DNA of 64,000 nucleotides from an uncultured Actinomycetota bacterium (GCA_963718235.1 CAVQYR010000002.1:640001-704000), one strand, 5' to 3'; shown: positions 54,023 to 63,999, counted from the stretch's first letter. Translations and numbers: made by a program. Notes: a model not told the origin generated them from the sequence alone.

Positions 54023-54780
54023 CCACGTTCGTGCTCCTGCACGCGTTCCCTCTCGACTCCTCCATGTACGACGAGCTCCGCGACCCCCTGGGGGGAGTCT
54101 GCGACCTGGTGACCCCGGACTTCCCGGGATTCGGTGGACGGCCGCTGCCTGATGCCGCACCGTCGTTGGACGTCCTGGCCGACGCTGTGGCGTCGGAGCT
54201 CGACGAGCGTGGGCTGGACCGTGTGGTCCTCGGCGGTACGTCCATGGGCGGCTACACGACGATGGCGTTCCTGCGCAGGTACCCGCAGCGCGTCAGCGCC
54301 GTGGTGCTCATCGACACCAAAGCGACCGCGGACACGGGACAGGGCGCGGCAGGGCGTCGGGCGATGGCCGACCTCCTTGAGCGGGAGAACTCCACCAACG
54401 CCCTGCTCGAGGGCGTCTACCCCAAGCTGGTCGGACCGACCACGGTGGCCGAGCGTGCTGCCGTTGCCACCCGGATCCGGGATCTGGTCGAGGCCGCCCC
54501 CCCGCGGTCTGCAGCGTGGGCCCAGCGGGCCATGGCCGTCCGACCGGACTCGATCGGCACGCTGCGTGGCACCGAGGTGCCCACCTTGGTCGTGGTGGGG
54601 GAGGAGGACCAGCTGTCACCACCCGACGACGCGGAGGCGATGGTGAAGGCCCTGCCCTGGGGCAGGTTGTCAGTGATCCCACGCGCCGGGCACCTGTCCC
54701 CACTGGAGTCCCCCGGTGAGGTCGCGGGAGTGATCGGTGGGTTCCTGCGCTCCCTTGATGGTGCTGCGCTGAACGAGTGA
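54019..54780 (+). CDS. Alpha/beta fold hydrolase (enol-lactone hydrolase-like)
   Basis: LLHAFP, PDFPGFG, GTSMGG, GEED, AGHLSPLE. Confidence 0.88.
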   Translation: MTTFVLLHAFPLDSSMYDELRDPLGGVCDLVTPDFPGFGGRPLPDAAPSLDVLADAVASELDERGLDRVVLGGTSMGGYTTMAFLRRYPQRVSAVVLIDTKATADTGQGAAGRRAMADLLERENSTNALLEGVYPKLVGPTTVAERAAVATRIRDLVEAAPPRSAAWAQRAMAVRPDSIGTLRGTEVPTLVVVGEEDQLSPPDDAEAMVKALPWGRLSVIPRAGHLSPLESPGEVAGVIGGFLRSLDGAALNE

Positions 54781-54866
54781 GCCCGTTCGTGCTATCGCCG
54801 TCCGTCTCGCGTCAGCACTAGCCTCAGGTTCGGGGCCACCGGCTGGTGGCGGGGTGAGGATGGGCG

Positions 54867-56291
54867 TTGACCGGGGACTCCGTTCGGGTGCGCTGGCTGG
54901 CAGCGCCACCGCCGCTTGCCCTCGTGTCGGTGCTGCGCAGCAAGAACATCGAGCTCGTTGCCCATGATGCGCCGTTCGACCTCGTGGTCGTGGACGCCGC
55001 ATCGTGGCCGCTCGGCGCGGGGAGCTCGTCGTCGATGGCGCCTTCGGTGCTGTTGATCGACCAGGACGACCAGAGCGACCTCGATCGCCTCCTGGCGAGA
55101 CTGCCGGAGACGCTGGCGGTCGAGTCACTCACGACCCATCCGGCGTTGCTGGCCCGGCGGCTCCGACAACACGCGTCCGCGCCCGAGTTCGAGACCGACC
55201 CGCTCACCGGCGTGGGCAACCGTCGGGGTCTCCAACGGTGGCTGCACCGACACGACGGCCGGGAGATCGTCCTGATCGAGTTCGACATCGACCACATCAA
55301 GCACATCAACGACAAGTGGGGTTTCGAGGTCGGTGACCAGGCGCTGGCCCGGGTCGGGGCGTTGCTGGAGCAGCACGTGCCCCGTGACGCGTACGTCGCC
55401 CGGCTCGGCGACGACGAGTTCATCGTCGCAGCTCCCAGGGGCGAGACGTCGCCTGCCCTGTTGGCCGAGTTCTTGAGGCGTGGCGCGGCGCTGGACGCGG
55501 TTCCAGCCGATGCGCGCGCACCGGGAGAGAGTCAGGCAGTGGTGATGTGTGCGGGTGTCAGCAGTGGTGACGACCCTGACGTCCTGCTGCAACAGGCCCA
55601 CCTCGCCGTGGTGGCGGCGAAGGCACGCGGCCGCGACCGTGCCGTCGACTTCGAGGCGATGCGCCTGGCTGCGTCGGACTCCTTCGAGGAGCGCGCGTTC
55701 GAGGACATGACGGTCCTTGCGGCGCAGCGTGCTGCCGAGCTGATCACCAGTGGCGGTCGTCGGGTCTTCTCGTTGCTGCGCGACGAGGCCGAGACCGACC
55801 CGCTCACCAGCCTGCCCAACCGTCGCTACTTCAACAAGAAGCTCGAGTGGGAGGCGCACGCCGCGGCCGAGGCGGGTATCCCGCTGTCGGTGATCTGGGT
55901 CGACGTCGACCACTTCGGCCTGTTCAACAAGCGGTTCAGCTACGTGGTCGGAGACTCCGTGCTGCGTCACGTCGCCCAGACGGTGCGAGAGATCGTCGGC
56001 GAAGCGGGGTGGGTGGCCCGCTGGGGCGGTGAGGAGTTCGCGGTCGTCCTCGGCGACTGCCGGCTCGACGAGGCGCTGGTCGTGGCCGAGCGGCTGCGCG
56101 CCGGCGTCGAGGTGGAGGACTTCGTGCCCGAGGACCGTCGGCGCGTCGGCGTCACCGTGAGCGCAGGGGTGGCCCAGTGGTCACCGGACGAGTCGATCCG
56201 TGACCTGATCACCCGGGTGTCGGTCGGGGTCGCACTGGCCAAGGAGAAGCGCAACGACGTCCGAGCCGCTCCGGACCCGCTCGTCGGCTAG
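54867..56291 (+). CDS. Diguanylate cyclase-like protein with two tandem GGDEF domains
   Basis: Domain 1: TDPLTG..NRR, DIDH.K.IND, RLGDDEF; domain 2: TDPLT.LPNRR, DVDHF, RWGGEEF, VTVSAGVA; start uncertain. Confidence 0.85.
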   Translation: MTGDSVRVRWLAAPPPLALVSVLRSKNIELVAHDAPFDLVVVDAASWPLGAGSSSSMAPSVLLIDQDDQSDLDRLLARLPETLAVESLTTHPALLARRLRQHASAPEFETDPLTGVGNRRGLQRWLHRHDGREIVLIEFDIDHIKHINDKWGFEVGDQALARVGALLEQHVPRDAYVARLGDDEFIVAAPRGETSPALLAEFLRRGAALDAVPADARAPGESQAVVMCAGVSSGDDPDVLLQQAHLAVVAAKARGRDRAVDFEAMRLAASDSFEERAFEDMTVLAAQRAAELITSGGRRVFSLLRDEAETDPLTSLPNRRYFNKKLEWEAHAAAEAGIPLSVIWVDVDHFGLFNKRFSYVVGDSVLRHVAQTVREIVGEAGWVARWGGEEFAVVLGDCRLDEALVVAERLRAGVEVEDFVPEDRRRVGVTVSAGVAQWSPDESIRDLITRVSVGVALAKEKRNDVRAAPDPLVG

Positions 56292-56373
56292 GTCGGCTGC
56301 ATCCACAGGCTGGCCGGGTCGCTCGGTCGTCCACAGCTGCGCGGAGCCGGGGCCGATGAGCCGGTCCCCACCC

Positions 56374-56394
56374 TAGAGTCGAACACATGTTCGA
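56374..56394 (+). promoter_or_regulatory. LexA (SOS) box overlapping the -10 element and start codon of DUF222-HNH copy 2
   Basis: TCGAACACATGTTCGA (56379-56394) matches the actinobacterial consensus TCGAAC-N4-GTTCGA; -10 TAGAGT at 56374-56379. Confidence 0.88.
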
Positions 56395-57898
56395 TGACGG
56401 TGGCACGGGTGCGAGAGGCGGCCTCGCCGGCAGTGGGTGCGTGCCGTCGTCCGACCCGTGGCCGATGCGGGGTGAGGTCGTCGACGAGGTCGTCCGTGAA
56501 CCCGCCGTCTCGCATGCGGTGGCCGAGGTCCTGGCTGCGGTGCGCGGGCTGCGCTCTCGAGCCGGCGACGCCGTGACCGCCGAGGAACGAGCAGGCTGGT
56601 TGCGCGGTCTGCGTCAGGTGGCCGATGCCGCAGAAGTCGGGTTCACCGAGGTGCTCGGCGCGTTCGATGCCCACGCGGACGGTCAGACGCTGGCCGCGTC
56701 GCCGAGCACGGCGGCGTGGTGTCGCCGTCACCTCCGGATGGCCCACGGTGACGCAGCCGGCCGGCTGCGGCTGGCCCGGTTGGCGGCCACGGAACCGGCG
56801 ATGGGTGAGGCACTCGAGCAAGTTGCCGCAGGTGCGCTGCGCTATGAGCAGACACGGCAGATCGCGCGCAGCGTGCGCTGCCTCGACAGCCCGCTCGCGA
56901 CTCCGGAGGAGCAACGGCAGCGAGCCGAAGCCGTCGAGCTGCTGGCCACGCTCGCCACCACGGCCGACCCGGCGGTCCTCGCGGCTGCCGGCCGCCGCAT
57001 CGCCAACGTCGTGAACCCAGACGGCGTCCTGACCGTCCGTGAACGGCAGCTGGCTCGCCGGTACCTGCAGCTCTCGCCGTTGCTCGACGGGATGACGGCG
57101 TTGGACGGTCTGCTCGACGCGGAGGGGGCGGCGACCTTGTCTGCGGCGCTGGCGCCGCTGCTCGTGCCGGCCGGACCCGACGACTCGCGCAGCTCGGCCC
57201 AGCGTCGTGCGGACGCACTGGTCGAGGTCGCCACCCTGGCCCTGGACACCGGGCAGCTCCCGCAGCTGTCTGGGAGCGCAGCAGCCGTCGACGTCGTCGT
57301 GACGGCGGAGACGCTGGCCCGTTACGCCGAGCTGCAGCGCGGTACCGGAGACGAGCCGCCGCCGGTCGTTATCGACGCTCCCGAGGCGCCGCCGACCTCG
57401 GCCGTCGGGCACTGGCTGGCATCCGCCTGGGTCGGGCTGGTCGGCCCCAACGCCGGAGGTGTCGCCCCCGGAGTCCCGGGTGGCCCAGCGATGCTGCCGG
57501 TCGATGTCGTGGCCAAGTGGCTGTGCAACGGCAGCGTCGGAAGGATGGTGCTCGGTCCTGACTCCGTGCCGCTCGACCTGGGCCGAAGACAACGGTTGTT
57601 CACCGCGGAACAACGACGTGCACTTCTCCTGCGTGACGCCGGGTGTCGCTTCCCGGGGTGTGACCGACCGCCGAGGTACACCGACGCGCACCACGTGGTG
57701 CCGTGGACGTCCGGCGGAGCGACGGATCTGGACAACGCCCTGCTGCTGTGCCGCTTCCACCACAACCGGCTGCACGTCTCACCGGCCCGCGGTGGTTGGC
57801 TGCTCGAAGCTGTCGACCCGCACCGTGGCAGCAACGGGCCGCTGACCTTCACCAGTCCGGACGGCGTGACGCTGAGCAGTCCTCCTCGCGGACCCTGA
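56387..57898 (+). CDS. DUF222 (13E12 repeat family) HNH endonuclease, copy 2
   Basis: QRRADAL, PLDLGR, RDAGCRFPGC, DAHHVVPWTSGGATDLDNALLLCRFHHNRLH. Confidence 0.92.
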   Translation: MFDDGGTGARGGLAGSGCVPSSDPWPMRGEVVDEVVREPAVSHAVAEVLAAVRGLRSRAGDAVTAEERAGWLRGLRQVADAAEVGFTEVLGAFDAHADGQTLAASPSTAAWCRRHLRMAHGDAAGRLRLARLAATEPAMGEALEQVAAGALRYEQTRQIARSVRCLDSPLATPEEQRQRAEAVELLATLATTADPAVLAAAGRRIANVVNPDGVLTVRERQLARRYLQLSPLLDGMTALDGLLDAEGAATLSAALAPLLVPAGPDDSRSSAQRRADALVEVATLALDTGQLPQLSGSAAAVDVVVTAETLARYAELQRGTGDEPPPVVIDAPEAPPTSAVGHWLASAWVGLVGPNAGGVAPGVPGGPAMLPVDVVAKWLCNGSVGRMVLGPDSVPLDLGRRQRLFTAEQRRALLLRDAGCRFPGCDRPPRYTDAHHVVPWTSGGATDLDNALLLCRFHHNRLHVSPARGGWLLEAVDPHRGSNGPLTFTSPDGVTLSSPPRGP

Positions 57899-57913
57899 CC
57901 GCCAGCGTGAGGC

Positions 57914-59251
57914 TCAGATGTCGCGGAACCGGTTGATCTCGGTGAGGTGACGCGCCCGCATGTCGGGGTCCCGAACACCGAGGCCCTCCTCAGGCGCGAG
58001 GCACAGGACGCCGACCTTGCCCTGGTGCATGTTGCGCTGCACCTCGTACGCCGCGAGACCAGTGTCGGACAAGGGGTAGGCCTTGGACAGCGTCGGATGG
58101 ATCTTGCCGCGCTGGATGAGCCGGTTGGCCTCCCAGGCCTCGCGGTAGTTCGCGAAGTGGGAGCCCACGATCCGCTTGAGGTTCATCCACAGGAATCGGT
58201 TGTCGTACTCGTGCATGAAGCCACTCGTCGATGCGCAGGTCACGATCGTGCCACCCTTGCGTGCGACGTAGACCGAGGCGCCGAAGGTCTCCCGGCCCGG
58301 GTGCTCGAACACGATGTCGACGTCGTCGCCGCCGGTGAGCTCGCGGATCTTCTTCCCGAGCCGCTTCCACTCCTTGGGGTCCTGCGTGACGTCGTCCTTC
58401 CAGAACCGGTAGCCCTCGGCGTTGCGGTCGATGATCAGCTCGGCCCCCATCCGCCGCACGATCTCGGCCTTCTCGGGGCTCGAGACGACGCAGACCGGGG
58501 TCGCGCCACCGTTGAGGGCCATCTGCGTGGCGTAGGAGCCGAGGCCCCCGCTCGCCCCCCAGATCAGCACGATGTCGCCCTGCTTCATGCCCGCGCCATG
58601 GTGGCTCACCAGCTGCCGGTAGGCGGTGGAGTTCACCAGTCCTGGGCAGGCGGCCTCCTCCCAGGTGAGGTGCCGGGGCTTCTCCAGCAGCTGGTTGGAC
58701 TTCACCAGGGCGAGCTGGGCCAGGCCGCCGAAGTTGGTCTCGTAGCCCCAGATCCGCTGCTCGGGGTCGAGCATCGTGTCGTCGTGGCCGAGGGGGCTCT
58801 CCAGCTCGACGCTGAGGCAGTGCGCAACCACCTCGTCACCGGGATGCCACGTGTGCACGCCCGGCCCGGTCCGCAGCACGACACCGGCGAGGTCGGAGCC
58901 GATCACGTGGTAGGGCAGGTCGTGCCGCTTGGCCAGCGGCGAGGTACGTCCGTAGCGCTCGAGGAAGCCGAACGTCGAGACCGGCTCGAACATGGCGGAC
59001 CACACGGTGTTGTAGTTGACCGACGACGCCATCACGGCGATCAGCGCCTCGCCGGGGCCGAGCTCGGGCGTCGGGACGTCGCCGATCCGGATCGCCTGGC
59101 GGGGGTCCTTGTCGCGGGTCGGAACTGCGTCGAACATCGTGGCGTCCTCCTTGCGGAGGTAGGCCGCGGTGTAGTGCGTGGGCACCTCGAGTGCGGCGAA
59201 GACCTCACGGGTGGCGTCGCCGTCGAGGATGGTCTCCAGGATCTTCTTCAC
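57914..59251 (-). CDS. ccrA: Crotonyl-CoA carboxylase/reductase
   Basis: VMASSVNYNTVW, HVIGSD, IWGYETNFG, WGASGGLG, IVFEHPGRETF, LWMNLKRIVGSHFAN. Confidence 0.96.
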   Translation of the reverse strand: MKKILETILDGDATREVFAALEVPTHYTAAYLRKEDATMFDAVPTRDKDPRQAIRIGDVPTPELGPGEALIAVMASSVNYNTVWSAMFEPVSTFGFLERYGRTSPLAKRHDLPYHVIGSDLAGVVLRTGPGVHTWHPGDEVVAHCLSVELESPLGHDDTMLDPEQRIWGYETNFGGLAQLALVKSNQLLEKPRHLTWEEAACPGLVNSTAYRQLVSHHGAGMKQGDIVLIWGASGGLGSYATQMALNGGATPVCVVSSPEKAEIVRRMGAELIIDRNAEGYRFWKDDVTQDPKEWKRLGKKIRELTGGDDVDIVFEHPGRETFGASVYVARKGGTIVTCASTSGFMHEYDNRFLWMNLKRIVGSHFANYREAWEANRLIQRGKIHPTLSKAYPLSDTGLAAYEVQRNMHQGKVGVLCLAPEEGLGVRDPDMRARHLTEINRFRDI

Positions 59252-59487
59252 GTCGGCCTCACTCGTGATGGTCGCGGTCCGACGACACTAGCGGGACGCC
59301 GTCGCTGACTGCCTCCCGGGTGGTTGTCCTCGCACGGTGGCGTTGCGTGGTGCGTCGCTCACCAACCGTGGTGGCGTTGGTCGGTTCGGTCACAGTCGTC
59401 GGGTGGCTCAGCCAAAGCGTCAACGCAGTCGCGGGGCCGACGTACGCTGAGCCGACGTTCGGGTGGGTCTGGCTGCGGGGGGCAGGG

Positions 59488-62265
59488 GTGGGTTTCGCGG
59501 GGCGGCCGTTCACCGCCACGCTGTCGCTGATGGCAGGCGCAGCGCTGGCTGCCTCGCTGCTGGCTGTACCTGCGGCCACGGCCGCCCCAGTGGGCACGAA
59601 CGCCGACCGGCAGACCTGGCAGGTCGACGGGCGCGTGAACGCGTTGGCGTACAGCCCCGACGGCTCAGTCGCGTACATCGCCGGCACCTTCCACCACATC
59701 TGTCCTCCCGGCGTCGCCCCCTGCGACGCGGCGACACCGGGCGCCCTGTCGATCGACAACCTGGCGGCGGTCGATGTCCAGTCCGGGGCGCCCATCCCGG
59801 GCTGGCGTCCACAGCCCGACGAGGAGGTCTCCGCACTGGCGGTCGCGGACAACGGCACCCTCTACATCGGTGGGTTCTTCCACCTGGTCGGAACCGAGGT
59901 TCACCACCGGCTCGCTGCTCTGTCCGCCGACACGGGGGAGCCAATCGCCTCGTGGTCCCCGGACGTGGGCGCCCAGGTGAAGGCCATCGCGCTCTCGCCG
60001 ACGCAGGACATCGTGTACATCGGCGGCAGCTTCAAGACGGTGAACCAGGTCTCGCGGCCGTTGCTGGCGGCCGTGACGGCGTACTCGAACCGTTCGATGA
60101 CGGCCTCGCTGCTGCCATGGAGGCCCGCACCCACCGGCAGCGACACGTACGACCACGGATCGCTCATGCCCGCCATCGTGAACGCGTTGGTCGTACGCAG
60201 CGGTGACGGACAGGTCTTCGTGGGAGGCGTCTTCACGTCCATCGGGGGCCTGGCGCGCAGTGACATCGCGGCGATCGGTCCCGCCTCGGGCGGTGGGACC
60301 GGGTCAGCGGATGCAGGATTCGACCCGAATCCGTCGCTGCACTACGTGACCTTGAACGTGATGCTGACCCGGGACGGAAGCACCCTGTTCGCCGACGGCC
60401 GGGGGCCCGGTGGGTTTCTGCGCGCCTACAACAGCCGCACGGGTGCCCAGTTGTGGGCGCGCCGGTTCGATGGGGACGTGCAGGCTGCAGTGGCCACCGA
60501 CTCGGTGGTGTACGTCGGCGGGCACTTCAACAACGTGGCTATCAGCGGAAGCGCGCTGAAGGACGAGCGCCAACACCTCGCGGCTTTCGACATCGCGACC
60601 GGTGCCACGGACCCATGGAACCCGATCGCCAACAGCGCGTTCGGCGTCTACGCGATGGCCTGGTCGCCCGGCCACGTGATGGTGGGTGGCGACTTCACGA
60701 AGGTCAACTACCTGCCGCACGAGGGGTTCGCCCAGTTCTCGGGAGGGACGACCAGCCCTCCCACCCCCGTGTCCGACGCGGAGGCGACGAGCACGCTGAA
60801 GGGCCGGGTCGACCTGTCCTGGTCGCCGGTCACGGACGCGGACTCACCGACGGTGACCTACCGGGTCTACCGACGTCTCGTCGGCCGGTCGTTCGACCTC
60901 ATCGCGTCCTTCGTGGGTCCTACCGGTGCCGCCACCCCGGTCACCTACACCGACCAGGGGCTGCCGGTCGGGTCGTCCTTCCAGTACCAGGTCCGGGCGG
61001 CGGACTCGGTGTTCGTGTCCGGACCGGGCAACATCACCGCACCGGTGGTCGTGCACGGGAACAGCTTCGGTCCGGATTCCCCTGCCGAGGTCGTGGCGTC
61101 CTCGTCGGTCCCGGGGGTCGTGCAGGTCCGGTGGCGAGGCTCCCGCGACCTCGACGACGCAACCCTCACGTACACGCTCGTGCGCCACCGGGACGGCAAG
61201 GCGACGAGGGTCGCCAGGATCGTCGGGGCGACGGGCGGCACGCTGCGTGCGACCGACACGTTCGCGATGGGGGGCCTGGTGAGCTACTCGGTCACCGCGA
61301 GCGATGGTGCGTCGACCAGCCCCCCGAGCGACCGATCGACGCGGGTGAGGGTCGCGAGAGACGAAGCGGCACCTGCAACGCCCCAGCAGCTGAAGGTGGA
61401 GAGTCGCAGCGCCAACACGGTGTCGCTGACCTGGGCGGCCAGCACCGATGCGGACACCCCTCGGTCGGCCCTGATGTACCGGGTCTATCGCAAGGCGCGT
61501 GCTGACGCGGGAATGGGCCGCCTGATCGCCACGACCGCAGCGGGCCGACGGTCCTTCACCGACACCTCATCGGCCGCGAACGGTGTGACACCGGACCGCG
61601 CCTACACCTACTACGTGGCGGCGAGCGACGGTCCGAAGTCCAGCGCGAAGTCCCGTGGGCGGACGACGAGGGTGTCGAGCGTGGTGTTCGGCTCGGCCTT
61701 CCAGTCCCTCGACGGGTGGAAGAGGCCACACGCGCCCGCGGGAGTCGAGCTCGACCCGGTTCGGGGCCACCTCGCGCCCGGGGCGGTCCGCCTCACCTCC
61801 TCGACGACACCGGTCGTCAACGGCTACCTGCACCGCAGGTTCGAGGACGCATACGCCCGAGTGTGCGTGCTCGAGTGGGTGTCGGTGTCCAGCTACGACA
61901 CCACGGTGAACGGGCAGACCACTCTGGTGCGCGTCTACAGCACGTCCGGTCAGTCGATCGCCCGGCTCTTCCTCGATGACAACGGCCGCCTGTGGGTGCG
62001 CAGCGACTGGGGGAGCAACCCCTCGGTCACCTCAGTGACCGTCCCCCGCGACGCCAGCTGGCACTCCACGCAGCTGTGCGTCACTACGTCACCTGACTCC
62101 CTGAGCGGAACGCTCACGGCGTGGTGGGACGGGGTGAACCTGGGAACCACCAAGGACGTCGACAACTCCCCGAACCTGCTCGCCTCGATGGACATCGGTG
62201 ACGCCACGCCCGGCAGCTACTCGGTCACCATTGACGACGTGCGCGTCGGGACGACGAGGCGCTAG
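59488..62265 (+). CDS. Large secreted protein: beta-propeller repeats + three FN3 domains + C-terminal beta-sandwich
   Basis: Signal peptide (…AVPAATA), repeated YIGG.F/YVGG.F blades with WxP, FN3 motifs (LSWSP…YRVYR…YQVRA); start uncertain. Confidence 0.75.
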   Translation: MGFAGRPFTATLSLMAGAALAASLLAVPAATAAPVGTNADRQTWQVDGRVNALAYSPDGSVAYIAGTFHHICPPGVAPCDAATPGALSIDNLAAVDVQSGAPIPGWRPQPDEEVSALAVADNGTLYIGGFFHLVGTEVHHRLAALSADTGEPIASWSPDVGAQVKAIALSPTQDIVYIGGSFKTVNQVSRPLLAAVTAYSNRSMTASLLPWRPAPTGSDTYDHGSLMPAIVNALVVRSGDGQVFVGGVFTSIGGLARSDIAAIGPASGGGTGSADAGFDPNPSLHYVTLNVMLTRDGSTLFADGRGPGGFLRAYNSRTGAQLWARRFDGDVQAAVATDSVVYVGGHFNNVAISGSALKDERQHLAAFDIATGATDPWNPIANSAFGVYAMAWSPGHVMVGGDFTKVNYLPHEGFAQFSGGTTSPPTPVSDAEATSTLKGRVDLSWSPVTDADSPTVTYRVYRRLVGRSFDLIASFVGPTGAATPVTYTDQGLPVGSSFQYQVRAADSVFVSGPGNITAPVVVHGNSFGPDSPAEVVASSSVPGVVQVRWRGSRDLDDATLTYTLVRHRDGKATRVARIVGATGGTLRATDTFAMGGLVSYSVTASDGASTSPPSDRSTRVRVARDEAAPATPQQLKVESRSANTVSLTWAASTDADTPRSALMYRVYRKARADAGMGRLIATTAAGRRSFTDTSSAANGVTPDRAYTYYVAASDGPKSSAKSRGRTTRVSSVVFGSAFQSLDGWKRPHAPAGVELDPVRGHLAPGAVRLTSSTTPVVNGYLHRRFEDAYARVCVLEWVSVSSYDTTVNGQTTLVRVYSTSGQSIARLFLDDNGRLWVRSDWGSNPSVTSVTVPRDASWHSTQLCVTTSPDSLSGTLTAWWDGVNLGTTKDVDNSPNLLASMDIGDATPGSYSVTIDDVRVGTTRR

Positions 62266-62729
62266 GCGGGCTCGACCAGCTCGATGAGCACCCCGCCGGC
62301 ATCCTTGGGGTGGACGAAGTTGATCCTGGACCCCGCGGTGCCGCTCCGCGGCTCCTCGTAGAGCAGGCGGACACCACGTCCGCGGAGGGTGGCGCAGACG
62401 GCGTCGAGGTCGGCGACCCGGTACGCGAGCTGCTGGAGACCGGGTCCGCTTCGCTCCAGGAACCGGGCGATCGCGGAGTCCGGACGCAGAGGGGCCAGCA
62501 GCTGGATCTGGGTCTGCCCCTCGCCGACCGCGAGCATCGCCTCGCGGACCCCTTGTTCCTCGTTGGCCTCCTCGTGCACCACCTGCAGGCCGAAGGTCGC
62601 CGCGTAGAAGGCCACAGCGGAGTCGAAGTCGGCCACCGCGATGCCCACGTGGTCGATCGCGGTGAACAGCGATCCGCCCAGCGCTGCGACTGGCTCGGCT
62701 GGGGGCGCGGAATCAGGCGGGGTCGCCAT
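62262..62729 (-). CDS. mce: Methylmalonyl/ethylmalonyl-CoA epimerase
   Basis: [54 protein letters not shown]. Confidence 0.93.
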   Translation of the reverse strand: MATPPDSAPPAEPVAALGGSLFTAIDHVGIAVADFDSAVAFYAATFGLQVVHEEANEEQGVREAMLAVGEGQTQIQLLAPLRPDSAIARFLERSGPGLQQLAYRVADLDAVCATLRGRGVRLLYEEPRSGTAGSRINFVHPKDAGGVLIELVEPA

Positions 62730-62814
62730 GGGTATCCCCTCCGGTTTCTGGGCGAGCTGGATCCCGCAGGTATCGTGGCAGGTGTTCACTCGCCGCTTCG
62801 ATGGGAGGGTCCCC

Positions 62815-63999
62815 TTGACCACGTCCGTGATCGTTGCCGGGGCGCGTACGCCCATGGGTCGACTGCTCGGCAGTCTCAAGGGATTCAGCGCGGCGCAGCT
62901 GGGCGGCCTGGCGATCGAGGCAGCCCTCAGCCGGGCCGGCGTCAGCCCGGACCAGGTCGAGTACGTCGTGATGGGCCACGTCCTGCAGGCCGGGGCAGGT
63001 CAGATCACGGCGCGGCAGGCTGCCGTCAACGCGGGAATCCCCATGTCCGTCCCGTCGATCACGATCAACAAGGTCTGCCTGTCCGGGCTCGATGCGATCG
63101 CCCTGGCCGACCAGCTGATCCGGGCGGGAGAGTTCGAGATCGTCGTGGCCGGTGGCATGGAGTCGATGACCAACGCTCCGCACCTCCTCCCGGGTTCACG
63201 CGAAGGCGTCAAGTACGGCAACGCCACCCTGGTCGACTCGATGGCCTTCGACGCGCTCACGTGTGCCTTCGACGGTCTGCCGATGGGCGAGGCCACCGAG
63301 GGGTACAACGCCCGGTACTCGTTGACCCGCGAGGAGCAGGACGCCTTCTCGGCACGGTCCCACCAGCGTGCGGCGGTCGCGGCGAAGAACGGCGTGTTCG
63401 CCGAGGAGATCGTTCCCGTGGAGATCCCGCAGCGTCGCGGCGACCCGATCGTGTTCGCCGAGGACGAGGGGATCCGGGCGGACACCACCGCCGAGACGCT
63501 GGCCAAGCTGCGACCCGCCTTCGCCAAGGACGGCACCATCACGGCCGGCTCGGCGTCGCAGATCAGCGACGGCGCTGCGGCAGTGGTCGTGATGAGCAAG
63601 GAGAAGGCCGAGTCGTTGGGTCTCACCTGGCTCGCCGAGATCGGGAAGCACGGCAACGTGGCCGGACCCGACGCGTCGCTGCACGAGCAGCCGGCGAACG
63701 CGATCAAGCACGCGCTGGACCGCGAGGGGCTCACCCCTGCCGACCTCGACGTCGTCGAGATCAACGAGGCCTTCGCGGCAGTCGGGGTCGTCTCGGCCCG
63801 AGCCCTCGGCCTCAGCGACGAGGTGGTCAACCCGAACGGGGGAGCGATCGCCCTCGGACACCCGGTGGGCATGAGTGGTGCGCGGCTGGTCCTGACCCTG
63901 GCCCTCGAGCTCAGGCGCCGTGGTGGGGGAGTCGGAGCTGCCGCCCTGTGCGGGGGCGGCGGACAGGGCGACGCGCTCATCATCCGCGTCCCACGCTGA
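62815..63999 (+). CDS. Acetyl-CoA C-acetyltransferase (thiolase)
   Basis: [44 protein letters not shown]; TTG start. Confidence 0.95.
   Translation: MTTSVIVAGARTPMGRLLGSLKGFSAAQLGGLAIEAALSRAGVSPDQVEYVVMGHVLQAGAGQITARQAAVNAGIPMSVPSITINKVCLSGLDAIALADQLIRAGEFEIVVAGGMESMTNAPHLLPGSREGVKYGNATLVDSMAFDALTCAFDGLPMGEATEGYNARYSLTREEQDAFSARSHQRAAVAAKNGVFAEEIVPVEIPQRRGDPIVFAEDEGIRADTTAETLAKLRPAFAKDGTITAGSASQISDGAAAVVVMSKEKAESLGLTWLAEIGKHGNVAGPDASLHEQPANAIKHALDREGLTPADLDVVEINEAFAAVGVVSARALGLSDEVVNPNGGAIALGHPVGMSGARLVLTLALELRRRGGGVGAAALCGGGGQGDALIIRVPR

Larger units (their letters stand above)
56292..57913 (+). mobile_element. Putative DUF222-HNH element 2, between the convergent GGDEF and ccr genes
   Basis: Paralog of 11154-12494 in the same type of context; mobility inferred. 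Confidence 0.4.

Noticed and set aside
56355-56379. RecA-NDp promoter for DUF222 copy 2
   Set aside because: The -35 region (AGCCGG at 9-nt spacing) matches TGTCRG-N10 poorly
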